Position numbers and translations under genes: made by a program. 64,000 nt of DNA from Patescibacteria group bacterium (GTDB lineage Bacteria; Patescibacteriota; Microgenomatia; JBGSIU01), in assembly GCA_041742375.1 (NCBI GenBank), contig JBGSIU010000044.1:2161-66160 (forward strand), read 5' to 3'. This document shows positions 38,226 through 48,042 of this stretch, in pieces. The notes under the pieces are model-generated. The model ran no database searches. It saw only the letters and a list, made by a program, of their open reading frames with translations, and was not told the DNA's origin. Position 1 is the stretch's first letter; every line of letters starts with the position of its first letter.

Positions 38226-39155
38226 ATGGAACACAATATTAGCATAATAATCCCCATATATAATGAAGAGAAAGGTATCGATCGGCTTGTTAAAAATCTC
38301 AATGCATATTTTCAAAAGCACGCGAACTTAGAACCAGAAGTTATTTTTGTTGACGATGGATCAAGTGATAATTCGGTTAAAGCGATAAAAAAACTGAAAC
38401 ACGTAAATTATTCGGCAAAGCTTATCAAACTCACAAGAAATTACGGATCCCACTTGGCAATTCGTGCGGGGATACAAGTTGCCGCCGCGTCTGTGGTGAC
38501 GTTCATTTCAAGTGACCTTCAGGATCCGCTTTCATTAATCGGCAACATGTATGCTGAAATGAAAGAGGGCAATGATTTAATTTGGGCAAAAAGAAGAAAA
38601 ATCGAAAACAAATTTATCGCCAATTTTTCGACAAAACTTTATGCGAAATTAATGAAACTTTTTGTATTTTGTGATTTTCCCGAAAATGGATTCGATGTGG
38701 TTATGTTTAGCGATAAAATCAAAAATGAACTTAATCGAAATATTGAAGCAAACTCATCAATTTTTTTACAAATTATGAATATGGGTTTTCATAGCTCAAC
38801 AATTACATATGATAAAAAAGCGCGACAGATCGGCGGCTCAAAATGGAATTTCTCAAAAAAAATCAAATTATTAATCGATTCATTCGTGTCATTTTCTTAT
38901 GCGCCGATTAGGTTTGTGAGTGTGATGGGGCTAGTTCTTTCGACAGTGGGTTTTATCTGGGCGATATATATTTCCTTGAGGGCAATCATGTCAGGGAATT
39001 TAAATCCGGGATGGCCATCTTTAATTGCGATTTTAACCATTGGTTTTGGCGTGACCAATCTTTCGCTCGGGATTATCGCCGAATATTTATGGCGAACCCT
39101 AGATATTTCAAGAAAAAGAAGCGCCTTCTTAATCGATGAAATGATAAATCTATGA
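38226..39155 (+). CDS. GT2 polyprenol-phosphate glycosyltransferase (ArnC/GtrB-like, two C-terminal TM)
   Basis: IPIYNEE, DDGSSD, RNYG, SDLQDP, G.SKW, GIIAEYLWR. Confidence 0.88.
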   Translation: MEHNISIIIPIYNEEKGIDRLVKNLNAYFQKHANLEPEVIFVDDGSSDNSVKAIKKLKHVNYSAKLIKLTRNYGSHLAIRAGIQVAAASVVTFISSDLQDPLSLIGNMYAEMKEGNDLIWAKRRKIENKFIANFSTKLYAKLMKLFVFCDFPENGFDVVMFSDKIKNELNRNIEANSSIFLQIMNMGFHSSTITYDKKARQIGGSKWNFSKKIKLLIDSFVSFSYAPIRFVSVMGLVLSTVGFIWAIYISLRAIMSGNLNPGWPSLIAILTIGFGVTNLSLGIIAEYLWRTLDISRKRSAFLIDEMINL

Positions 39156-40147
39156 AAAAACAAAAAATATTAATCACAGGTGGGGCCGGTTTTATCGGCT
39201 CTCACCTTGTCGATGAGCTTCTTGCAAAAAATTACATTGTGATCTGTTTAGATAATTTAGTAAATGGCTCTTTGAGTAATTTAAAAACTGCCCTGACTAA
39301 CCCAAATTTTCAATTTATCAAAGGAGATATTTTAAAAGAGCAGGACGCCTTAAAATCAACAAAAATAGTAGATATCGTGTTTCATTTGGCATGCCTTGGC
39401 GTTCGCCATTCGATCCATAGTCCGCTTGCGAATCATCGCGTGAATGCCGAAGGAACACTACGGATGCTTCAGGCGGCAAGAGTAAATAAAATAAAAAAAT
39501 TTTTTTATATCTCGAGTTCTGAAATCTATGGCGACGTGAAGCATTTCCCGATCGCGGAAGATTATGTCCCGGCACCAACTACGATATACGGCGCCAGTAA
39601 GCTTGCCGGCGAACATTATTCGATTGCATATAATAAATGTTACGGTTTAAAGACGACGATTCTGAGAATTTTTAATAACTATGGTCCGCGTGCCCATTAT
39701 GAAAGTGATGCCGGAGAAATTATTCCAAGAACAATTGTGATGGCCATATATAATAAACCACCAACGGTTTTTGGTGACGGGAAAACCACCCGTGATTATT
39801 TTTATGTGAGAGATACGGTGCGGGCGCTGGCTGACTTAATTAATTATCCCAATCTAACCGGTGAAATAATCAATATTGGCGCGGGGCTGGAAACGAAAAT
39901 AATCGATATTGTTAGAAAGATATTAAACTTGATGGATAAACAAAATCTTGAAATCATCCATGCCGGCAACCGCCCGGCTGATTTACCGAGATTGTGGGTT
40001 AATGCCAATAAATTTTATGAAATGACGCGTTTTGCACCGGCTTATGATTTCGAACAAGGCTTAAAAGAAACAATTGTTTATTATAAAAAATTATCTCAAG
40101 GAAAATTATTATATAAAAAAATTAAATTAAGAAACTGGGAGAAATAA
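39152..40147 (+). CDS. NAD-dependent nucleotide-sugar epimerase/dehydratase
   Basis: TGGAGFIGSH, SSSEIYG, YGASK, FNNYGPR, TRDY. Confidence 0.9.
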   Translation: MKKQKILITGGAGFIGSHLVDELLAKNYIVICLDNLVNGSLSNLKTALTNPNFQFIKGDILKEQDALKSTKIVDIVFHLACLGVRHSIHSPLANHRVNAEGTLRMLQAARVNKIKKFFYISSSEIYGDVKHFPIAEDYVPAPTTIYGASKLAGEHYSIAYNKCYGLKTTILRIFNNYGPRAHYESDAGEIIPRTIVMAIYNKPPTVFGDGKTTRDYFYVRDTVRALADLINYPNLTGEIINIGAGLETKIIDIVRKILNLMDKQNLEIIHAGNRPADLPRLWVNANKFYEMTRFAPAYDFEQGLKETIVYYKKLSQGKLLYKKIKLRNWEK

Positions 40148-40148
40148 T

Positions 40149-41903
40149 ATGATTCCTGTCGCAAAACCATATTTGACAAAAACGGAGGCAGAAACGGCGG
40201 CGGATGTGATTCTGTCGGGATGGGTAACGCAAGGATCTAAAGTTGAAGAATTTGAAAAGAAATTCGCGAGCTTTGTCGGATCAAAATATGCCGTTTGTGT
40301 TTCAAACTGCACCGCCGCTCTCCATTTGTCGCTCATCGTTTCAGGTGTCCGCGCGGGTGATGAGATCATCTGTCCTTCGATGAGTTTTATTGCAACGGCA
40401 AATTCTATTCGTCACGCGGGAGGAGTTCCGGTTTTCGCAGATTGTGAAAAAGAAACATACAATATCGACCCAATAAGCGCAGAAAAATTAATCACCAAGA
40501 GAACAAAAGGTATTTTAATCGTCCATCAGATGGGTTGGCCGGCCGATATTGATGCCTTTAAAAAAATTTGCCTGAAGCATAGTCTCGTTCTAATAGAAGA
40601 TGCGGCCTGTGCCGTCGGCTCAGAATATAAAGGTAAAAAAATAGGTTCACATTCTGATTTGGTTTGTTTTTCATTCCATCCGAGAAAAGTAATCACGACT
40701 GGCGACGGGGGCATGATCACCACTTCAAACAAAGATTATTATGAGCGGCTAAAAAGATTAAGGCAACATGGAATGAGTGTGAATGACAGAGAGCGTCATT
40801 TTTCAAACAGGATTATTAATGAAGATTATCTTGAACTCGGTTATAACTATAGAATGACAGATATTCAGGCGGCCGTAGGCATTAAGCAACTTGAAAAGAT
40901 TAATTACTTGATTAAAGAGAGAACCAAATTGGCCGAGTTTTACAATAAAGCATTTGCAAAAACCGAAAAAATTATTTTGCCAAAAATTGATCCAAAAAAT
41001 AAACCAAACTTTCAGTCGTATCCGATCTATTTTGCCGGAATCAATGAAAACAAAAGAGATGAAATTATGCAAAAACTACTTGATGTGGGAATCAGTACTC
41101 GGCGCGGAATAATGCTTGCTCATAAAACATCCGCATATTGTAAATATAAACTTCGTGGCAAACTGTCTGCTTCCGAAGATTTATCATCAAAAAGCATTCT
41201 TTTGCCGCTTTATAACGGTTTTACAAAAAATGAAGCAAGCTTTGTTATTAAAAATTTGAAAAAAACGCTTGAGATAAACGAAACGGATAGATTTCAAAGT
41301 CTAAAAGGAAGAATGCCCCAAATTTTAGAACGACCTTTTCTTTATAATTTGATTCAAGATATTTTAGGTTATGGGTCAGAAAAACTTATTTTAAAAAAGC
41401 TAAAAGAAATATTTAGATTCGTCTCGCCAGATGAGAATATTCTTGATGTTGGGTGCGGACCAAGCTCCCGACTGTGGAAGCTTGGGTATAAACCTTTTGG
41501 TCTTGATATTTCAAAATCATATGTGTCAGAGTTTAATAAAACATGCGACAAAGCAAAACTTGGATCTGCCGACACCCTTCCTTTTAAAAAACAAGAATTT
41601 AAAATAGTTTGGTCGTTTGGTTTACTTCATCATTTGGAAGATAACGTTGCTCGAAAATCTATTTTAGAAATGATAAGGGTGTGTAAAAAAAATGGAGAGG
41701 TATTAATTTTTGACGCAGTTTTACCTGTTTCTTTTTGGTTTTATCCTTTTGCTTCTATAATTCGAAAATTTGACAGAGGATGCTATATGCGAACAGAAGC
41801 AGATTTTGACAGTATTCTTCCCCAAAAATCCAAATGGGAAAAAGAAAGGTATATTTATGCCAAAACGGGCCTTGAGCTTTTGATTCTGACTTATAGAAAA
41901 TAA
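40149..41903 (+). CDS. DegT-family aminotransferase fused to a C-terminal class I methyltransferase
   Basis: SFHPRKVITTGDGG and GYNYRM in the first ~370 aa; ILDVGCG, GLDIS, LPF, GLLHHL in the last ~200 aa. Confidence 0.85.
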   Translation: MIPVAKPYLTKTEAETAADVILSGWVTQGSKVEEFEKKFASFVGSKYAVCVSNCTAALHLSLIVSGVRAGDEIICPSMSFIATANSIRHAGGVPVFADCEKETYNIDPISAEKLITKRTKGILIVHQMGWPADIDAFKKICLKHSLVLIEDAACAVGSEYKGKKIGSHSDLVCFSFHPRKVITTGDGGMITTSNKDYYERLKRLRQHGMSVNDRERHFSNRIINEDYLELGYNYRMTDIQAAVGIKQLEKINYLIKERTKLAEFYNKAFAKTEKIILPKIDPKNKPNFQSYPIYFAGINENKRDEIMQKLLDVGISTRRGIMLAHKTSAYCKYKLRGKLSASEDLSSKSILLPLYNGFTKNEASFVIKNLKKTLEINETDRFQSLKGRMPQILERPFLYNLIQDILGYGSEKLILKKLKEIFRFVSPDENILDVGCGPSSRLWKLGYKPFGLDISKSYVSEFNKTCDKAKLGSADTLPFKKQEFKIVWSFGLLHHLEDNVARKSILEMIRVCKKNGEVLIFDAVLPVSFWFYPFASIIRKFDRGCYMRTEADFDSILPQKSKWEKERYIYAKTGLELLILTYRK

Positions 41904-41908
41904 AATAC

Positions 41909-42775
41909 ATGCAAAAATTAATTTTAGGTTCAGCTCAATTTGGACTGAATTATGGGATTAATAACAAAAACGGAAAAATTAAAATACCTGAAGTTTTCAA
42001 AATTCTTGATTACGCCATATCTCATGGAATTAAAGAAATCGACACGGCAACTGCCTACGGGAATGCTCAGCAAGTTATCGGTGAATATCTGAGAAAAAGA
42101 AAGCAGAGATTAAAAATCATAACAAAATGCAGTGGAACAAATGCTTCAGAGATAGAAAATGAAGTAAATACCAGTTTATCAAACCTAGGAATGGAGAAAA
42201 TCCACGGACTTCTAATTCACAAATTCGATAGTTATAAAAGAAATAAAGAAATATATAAAAAATTAATCGCATTAAAAAGAGAAAAATGTGTTGATAAAAT
42301 TGGTTTCTCTCTATATTTTCCGAAAGAAGCAGAATATTTGTTAAAACAAAAAATACCCATTGATATTTTGGAAATTCCGTATAACCTTTTTGACAGAAGA
42401 TTTGAGGTTTTGTTTAAAGAGTTTAAACGTAAAAAAATTAAAATTTACGCACGATCTATTTTTTTACAGGGACTTTTTTTTAAGAAAGAAAATGAGCTTG
42501 GAGTTTTTTTCAAGAGGATGGGAGACAGAATAAAATCTCTAAATGAAATTGCGTATAAAAATAGTTTGCCGCTTTCAGTAATTTGTCTTAATTTTGTTCA
42601 ACTAAATAAAAATATAGATAAGATATTGGTTGGGGTTGACAGCTTGGACAATCTAAAAGAAAATGCTGAGGCATTCAATGCAGTTAAAAAAGTAAAACGG
42701 ATATATAATGATTTGCTATGTCTAAAATTAGATAACGAAAAAATTATACTTCCTATTAATTGGGAAAAAACATGA
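41909..42775 (+). CDS. Aldo/keto reductase (sugar-cluster type)
   Basis: LGSAQFGLNYG, DTATAYG, GFSLY, RSIFLQGL. Confidence 0.85.
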   Translation: MQKLILGSAQFGLNYGINNKNGKIKIPEVFKILDYAISHGIKEIDTATAYGNAQQVIGEYLRKRKQRLKIITKCSGTNASEIENEVNTSLSNLGMEKIHGLLIHKFDSYKRNKEIYKKLIALKREKCVDKIGFSLYFPKEAEYLLKQKIPIDILEIPYNLFDRRFEVLFKEFKRKKIKIYARSIFLQGLFFKKENELGVFFKRMGDRIKSLNEIAYKNSLPLSVICLNFVQLNKNIDKILVGVDSLDNLKENAEAFNAVKKVKRIYNDLLCLKLDNEKIILPINWEKT

Positions 42776-43548
42776 AAATAAAAAATTTAGCAATTATTCA
42801 AGCTCGAGTTAGGTCAACAAGGTTGCCGGGAAAAGTGTTGCTGAAAATTTTTGACAAAACAATTCTTGAACATGTCGTAAGCCGTATTAAAAAATGTAGA
42901 TTAGTTAATCTTGTTGTCGTTGCAACAACAACAAATAGTGCTGATTCAAAAATAGCGTCTTTATGTAAAAAAAACAAAATCCCCATTTACCGAGGAAGTG
43001 AAGAAGATGTGCTGGACAGATATTATCAAGTGGCAAAGCTATATCACGCAAAAAATATTATTCGTATCACCTCGGATTGCCCATTGATAGACCCAATAAT
43101 AATTGATGATGTAATTAACGCTCATCTGAAATACAAAGTTGATTACACGTCAAACACTCTTCTCGAAAAATTTCCGGACGGAGAAGATATAGAGATTTTT
43201 AAATTTGCGACGCTTGAAAAAGCCTGGGTAAATGCAAAACTTAAATCAGAAAGAGAGCATGTTACGCCATATATGAGAAAACATTGTGAAATTTTTAAAC
43301 TTCATAGTGTTGGAGCTAAAAAAGATTATAGTGGAAAAAGATGGACACTTGATGAAGCAAAGGATTTTTTATTTATTGAAAAAATATATAAATATTTATA
43401 TAAAAATAGCAATTATTTCGGAATGAAAGAAATTTTGAAGTTATTATATATACGCCCCGAACTAGAAAGAATAAATTCAAATATTACCAGGAATGAAGGC
43501 TATCTCAAATCTTTGCAAAACGATAAAATAGTGAAAAATATATTATGA
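42772..43548 (+). CDS. SpsF-like cytidylyltransferase-family protein
   Basis: IIQAR..STRLPGKVL, GSEEDVLDRY, RITSDCP, REHVT, RWTLD. Confidence 0.85.
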   Translation: MKIKNLAIIQARVRSTRLPGKVLLKIFDKTILEHVVSRIKKCRLVNLVVVATTTNSADSKIASLCKKNKIPIYRGSEEDVLDRYYQVAKLYHAKNIIRITSDCPLIDPIIIDDVINAHLKYKVDYTSNTLLEKFPDGEDIEIFKFATLEKAWVNAKLKSEREHVTPYMRKHCEIFKLHSVGAKKDYSGKRWTLDEAKDFLFIEKIYKYLYKNSNYFGMKEILKLLYIRPELERINSNITRNEGYLKSLQNDKIVKNIL

Positions 43549-44855
43549 ACAAAACGCAAAAATTATACGAAGAGGCGAAGAAAATAATTCCCGGAGGTAC
43601 TCAGCTTTTGTCAAAACGCCAAGAGATGTATGCTCCGGGATTGTGGCCGGCATATTATAAAAAAGCTAAAGGTTGCGAGGTTTGGGATCTAGATGGAAAA
43701 AAATATTTAGACATGAGTTCAATGGGTATTGGTTCATGTATCCTGGGCTATGCCGACCCAGATGTTAACAGGCAGGTAAAAAGAGCAATTGATAAAGCTT
43801 CGATAACCACATTAAACTGTTTTGAGGAAGTTGAATTGGCAAAAATTTTGCTTGACCTTCATCCTTGGGCAGAAAAAGTCAGATTTGCGAGGTGTGGTGG
43901 TGAAGCGATGGCCATTGCGGTTCGAATTGCACGAGCAAAAACAAAGAAAGATGTTGTTTTATTTTGTGGCTATCACGGATGGCATGATTGGTATCTTTCG
44001 GCTAATTTAGCGGACGATAAAAATCTTGACGGTCATCTGCTCGCCGGTTTGAATCCTCTGGGTGTGCCGCGAGGACTTAAAGGAACAGCAATTCCTTTTC
44101 AATATAATAATGCGAAAGAATTTATAAGAGTTTTTAAAGAAAATATAAATAATGTAGGGGCAATTATTCTTGAGCCGATTAGAAATATTTACCCACACAA
44201 AGAATTTATCGACAAGATTCATACAGTCTGCCTTCAATATTCAATTCCGTTGATTGTCGACGAAGTTTCAACCGGATTCAGGCTTTGTCTTGGCGGCGCA
44301 CATCTTATTTTGGGCATTAAACCAGATATCGCGGTCTTTGCCAAAGCCATGAGTAACGGTTTTCCCATGGGAGCAATCATTGGGAAAAAGAATGTTATGA
44401 ATATCGCTCAGGATACATTCATAAGCAGTACATACTGGACTGAAAGAATTGGCCCAACTGCGGCAATTGCCACCATAAGTAAAATGAAAGCCCGTAAGGT
44501 AGATTCTCATTTAAAAAAGATTGGAGAATTAATCATGGAAGGCTGGAAAAAGGCAGCTAAAAAAAATAATATCAAAATTCATATTTCAGGATTTGCAACT
44601 CTTTCCCACTTTGATTTTGTTTGCGAGAACAAACTTGCGGCAAAAACATTTTTTGTGCAGGAAATGTTGAAAAAAGGATTTCTTGCAACAAACGGATTTT
44701 ATCCTTCGTTTGCTCATAAGGAAAAGCATGTGAAACGATACCTTTCAGCTTTAAATTTAGTATTTATCGGATTATCCGCTTCTCTTAAAAAAAGAGATTT
44801 GGCAAAAAGACTAAAGGGTCAGGTTTGTCAATCCGGATTTCAAAGATTAAATTAA
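43545..44855 (+). CDS. Class III PLP aminotransferase (GSA-aminomutase-like, sugar-cluster type)
   Basis: PGG, GEA..AVRIAR, GYHGW, DEVSTGFR, FAKAMSNG. Confidence 0.85.
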   Translation: MNKTQKLYEEAKKIIPGGTQLLSKRQEMYAPGLWPAYYKKAKGCEVWDLDGKKYLDMSSMGIGSCILGYADPDVNRQVKRAIDKASITTLNCFEEVELAKILLDLHPWAEKVRFARCGGEAMAIAVRIARAKTKKDVVLFCGYHGWHDWYLSANLADDKNLDGHLLAGLNPLGVPRGLKGTAIPFQYNNAKEFIRVFKENINNVGAIILEPIRNIYPHKEFIDKIHTVCLQYSIPLIVDEVSTGFRLCLGGAHLILGIKPDIAVFAKAMSNGFPMGAIIGKKNVMNIAQDTFISSTYWTERIGPTAAIATISKMKARKVDSHLKKIGELIMEGWKKAAKKNNIKIHISGFATLSHFDFVCENKLAAKTFFVQEMLKKGFLATNGFYPSFAHKEKHVKRYLSALNLVFIGLSASLKKRDLAKRLKGQVCQSGFQRLN

Positions 44856-44858
44856 ATT

Positions 44859-45935
44859 ATGCTTGAAATAGTTGAAAAAAAACATCGTAATTTCAATAAA
44901 ATGTGGAATTCCTATCTCCAAACCAATCCGACGGTTTCCTGGCGATATTTAAATGACTGGATTGTCTACCAAAAAGAGTATTCAAAATCGTTTCAAAAAG
45001 ACTTATCGTTTTTGATTAAAGAAGGACAGAATGTTTTAGCAATTTGCCCTTTGCTGATAGAGAATAATAATTCACATTTTCAAGCTTCATCAGGGGATGA
45101 TTATATGCCGTCGCCCGATGTTTCAATGAAATATGACAAAAAATTCAGAAAAAAAATAGAAAATTTTTGTTTTTACCAAATAGATCATTATGCGAAAACA
45201 AAAAAAATTAAAAAAATAAAGATGATGACAGATCCTTGTTCACAGAATTGGGATTTTAATCATTTAACGCAATACGGTTTTCTTGATTCGTCAATCGCCA
45301 CGGAAATTATAGATTTACGTAATTCAGTTTCTGAGATAAAAAGTTCCTTTAGGTCAAGTTATAAATCAATTATTAATCAATCATCAAAAATATATCAAAT
45401 TAAAATAATCGATTGTAAAAATCCGGAATATCAAATTCATGAAGAATATAGAAAATTACACCATAAATCAGCCGGCAGAATTACCAGAAATATAAAAACT
45501 TTTGATCTGCAGTTTGAATTGTTAAAAAAAGACAACGCGATGCTTATAGGTTTAATGTTTGAAAAGAAATTTATTGCCTTCAGCTATTTTTTCCATCATA
45601 ATAGAAATATTTATTATGCATCGTCTTCCGACAACCCCAATTTTAAAGTAAAAGTACCAATTGAACACCTAATCATTTGGTCGGCGATTGAATATTACGT
45701 AAACCGAAAGTTTTCAAAAATGGAGATTGGTTGGCAGCAATTCGGTCCCCAACTTTTTGATTTTCCATCGAACAAAGATATTAATATTTCCTTTTTTAAG
45801 CGCGGATTTGGAGGATCAACAGTTTCTCTATTCCGAGGGGTTAAATATTACGAAACAGGCTTGATGAAAAGAGAAATTAATGAGCAATCAGAAAAAATAA
45901 TTCAGTTATATGAAAAAACAAAACGTAAAAAATAG
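44859..45935 (+). CDS. FemAB/GNAT-like acyl- or aminoacyl-transferase
   Basis: IIDL...FRSSYK, W.AI, FKRGFGG FemAB-like C-terminus. Confidence 0.65.
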   Translation: MLEIVEKKHRNFNKMWNSYLQTNPTVSWRYLNDWIVYQKEYSKSFQKDLSFLIKEGQNVLAICPLLIENNNSHFQASSGDDYMPSPDVSMKYDKKFRKKIENFCFYQIDHYAKTKKIKKIKMMTDPCSQNWDFNHLTQYGFLDSSIATEIIDLRNSVSEIKSSFRSSYKSIINQSSKIYQIKIIDCKNPEYQIHEEYRKLHHKSAGRITRNIKTFDLQFELLKKDNAMLIGLMFEKKFIAFSYFFHHNRNIYYASSSDNPNFKVKVPIEHLIIWSAIEYYVNRKFSKMEIGWQQFGPQLFDFPSNKDINISFFKRGFGGSTVSLFRGVKYYETGLMKREINEQSEKIIQLYEKTKRKK

Positions 45936-46629
45936 TCCGGAAAAGTGGTACGAAAATTCATATCAGGAAATGGGTGATTCCGCTCAAAGGAAATACCCAA
46001 ATGAAGAATTGATCAGATTTCTAGGTCGGGATTTTTTTGGAACAAACAAAAAAGTCAGGCAAAAAATTAAAATGCTTGAAGTTGGTTGTGGAATGGGAGC
46101 AAATTTATGGCCGATTGCTCGCGAGGGATTCAGCACTTACGGGATTGACATTTCAGAAAAATCAATTAAATTAGCGAGAAAATATCTTATGTCTTGGGGA
46201 GTAAATGCCGATTTAAGAAAAGCGAACATGGTCAAACTTCCATACAAACAGAATTTCTTTGAGGTTGTCTTTGACGTATTTTCGTCTTATTGTTTAACAA
46301 CGAAAGAATACGAAATTTTTTTACATGAAGTCAGAAGAGTTCTTAAAAAAGGAGGGAAATTTTTTTCCTACACTCCTTCTGTAACGTCACAAGCATTTAT
46401 CAATTATTTGCCATCTGAAAAAATTGATGAGTTTACAATAAATGGTATTAAAAGAAAAACCTCCCCTTTCTATGGAAATGATTATCCATGTCGTTTCACC
46501 AATCAATTTTATCTTGCAAAAAAGCTTAAAGAAAATAATTTTAAAATAGAATATTTAGAAACAGTGTCCAGAAGTTATAATTCTCAATCGGAGAATTTTG
46601 ATTTTCTAGTTGTTGTTGCAATTAAATGA
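45910..46629 (+). CDS. Class I SAM-dependent methyltransferase
   Basis: MLEVGCGMG, GIDIS, RVLKKGG. Confidence 0.88.
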   Translation: MKKQNVKNSPEKWYENSYQEMGDSAQRKYPNEELIRFLGRDFFGTNKKVRQKIKMLEVGCGMGANLWPIAREGFSTYGIDISEKSIKLARKYLMSWGVNADLRKANMVKLPYKQNFFEVVFDVFSSYCLTTKEYEIFLHEVRRVLKKGGKFFSYTPSVTSQAFINYLPSEKIDEFTINGIKRKTSPFYGNDYPCRFTNQFYLAKKLKENNFKIEYLETVSRSYNSQSENFDFLVVVAIK

Positions 46630-46663
46630 AAAAAACACATATATTATCCGTTGTGTGAATAAT

Positions 46664-47344
46664 ATGAAAAATAATATTCTTATCATTGCCGCTCATCCGG
46701 ATGATGAAGTTTTAGGCTGTGGTGGAACAATTGCGAGATTGTCGTCTGAAGGACAGGAAGTCAATGTTTTGATTTTGGGTGAAGGAATTACCGCAAGAGA
46801 CAGAAGACGAAACTCAGCAAAAAGAAAAAAAGAGATATGGACTCTGCATAAGCAAACGGATAAGGCAAATTTACTTCTCGGGGTAAAGAAAGTCATAAAT
46901 CTTGGTCTTCCCGACAATAGATTTGATGAACTTCCGCTTATTGAAATCGTGAAAAAAATTGAAGAAGTGAAAAATAAAATTAATCCAAAAGTTATTTTTA
47001 CCCACTATAGAAATGATTTGAATATAGACCACAGGACAACATACAGAGCAGTTATAACTGCAACACGACCGATTAAAGGAGAACTTGTCCAAGAAATATA
47101 TTCTTTTGAAACAATTTCATCCACTGAATGGAATTTTCCGCAAACATTTTCACCAAACGTTTTTTTTGATATTTCAAAATTTATCGATATCAAAATAAAA
47201 GCCATGGAGCAGTATCTAAGCGAAATCAAGAAAAACATCCATCCGCGCTCTTCAAGAGGAATAAAACTCGAAGCCGAAAGTCATGGAATTAAAACTGGCT
47301 TCGATTTTGTCGAGGCCTTTGAAGCAGTTAGGATCATGAAATGA
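46664..47344 (+). CDS. PIG-L/LmbE-family N-deacetylase
   Basis: AAHPDDEVLG, THY..D.NIDH, AFE. ATG 46664 preferred. Confidence 0.9.
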   Translation: MKNNILIIAAHPDDEVLGCGGTIARLSSEGQEVNVLILGEGITARDRRRNSAKRKKEIWTLHKQTDKANLLLGVKKVINLGLPDNRFDELPLIEIVKKIEEVKNKINPKVIFTHYRNDLNIDHRTTYRAVITATRPIKGELVQEIYSFETISSTEWNFPQTFSPNVFFDISKFIDIKIKAMEQYLSEIKKNIHPRSSRGIKLEAESHGIKTGFDFVEAFEAVRIMK

Positions 47345-48042
47345 ATACTATTTTGATTGTCACTATTAAATCTTGGAACATAAAAAATGCGCGAATTTTA
47401 AAACAAAAATTGAGTAAAAAGATAAAAGTAGAGATAATAACCGAAAAAGACGGATTAACGATTGAAAAAGTAAAAAAAATAGCCCCAAAATACATTTTTT
47501 TCCCTCACTGGTCGTGGATTGTTCAAAAAGAAATTTACGAAAACTTTTTATGTGTCAATTTCCATGAAACAGATTTACCATTTGGCCGTGGTGGAAGTCC
47601 CCTGCAAAATTTAATTTCGCGAAAAATTTATAAAACAAAAATCACAGCCCATAAGATAACCAAAGAAATTGACGCAGGGGATATTTATCTTCAAACGGGA
47701 ATAAACATCAAGAGAGGATCAGCACAAGAGTTGTTTTCGAAAATATCTAAAATCATTTTTTTCAGAATGATAACCGAAATTTTAGAAAAAGGCCTTTATC
47801 CTGAACCGCAAAAAGGGAAAATCGTTATTTTCAAAAGGCGAAAATCAGAAGAAAGCAATTTGGCAGAATTTAACGGAAAAAGTCTAAATAATTTATATGA
47901 TTTTATCCGTATGCTCGATGCCGAAGGATATCCAAAAGCGTTTATTAAATTAAATAATATGAAAATTCTTTGCTCTGATGTAAAATACGCTCATAATTCC
48001 CTTTTGGGAAAATTTGAAGTAGTCAAAAATGAAACAAATTAA
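47341..48042 (+). CDS. Sugar N-formyltransferase (Fmt-like)
   Basis: FHETDLPFGRGGSPLQN, DAGDI, IRMLDAEGYP. Confidence 0.82.
   Translation: MNTILIVTIKSWNIKNARILKQKLSKKIKVEIITEKDGLTIEKVKKIAPKYIFFPHWSWIVQKEIYENFLCVNFHETDLPFGRGGSPLQNLISRKIYKTKITAHKITKEIDAGDIYLQTGINIKRGSAQELFSKISKIIFFRMITEILEKGLYPEPQKGKIVIFKRRKSEESNLAEFNGKSLNNLYDFIRMLDAEGYPKAFIKLNNMKILCSDVKYAHNSLLGKFEVVKNETN

Noticed and set aside
43545-48042. 43545 as hemL and 47341 as Met-tRNA formyltransferase
   Set aside because: Both are embedded in a sugar cluster, and the formyltransferase is short; sugar-modifying paralogues are more likely.
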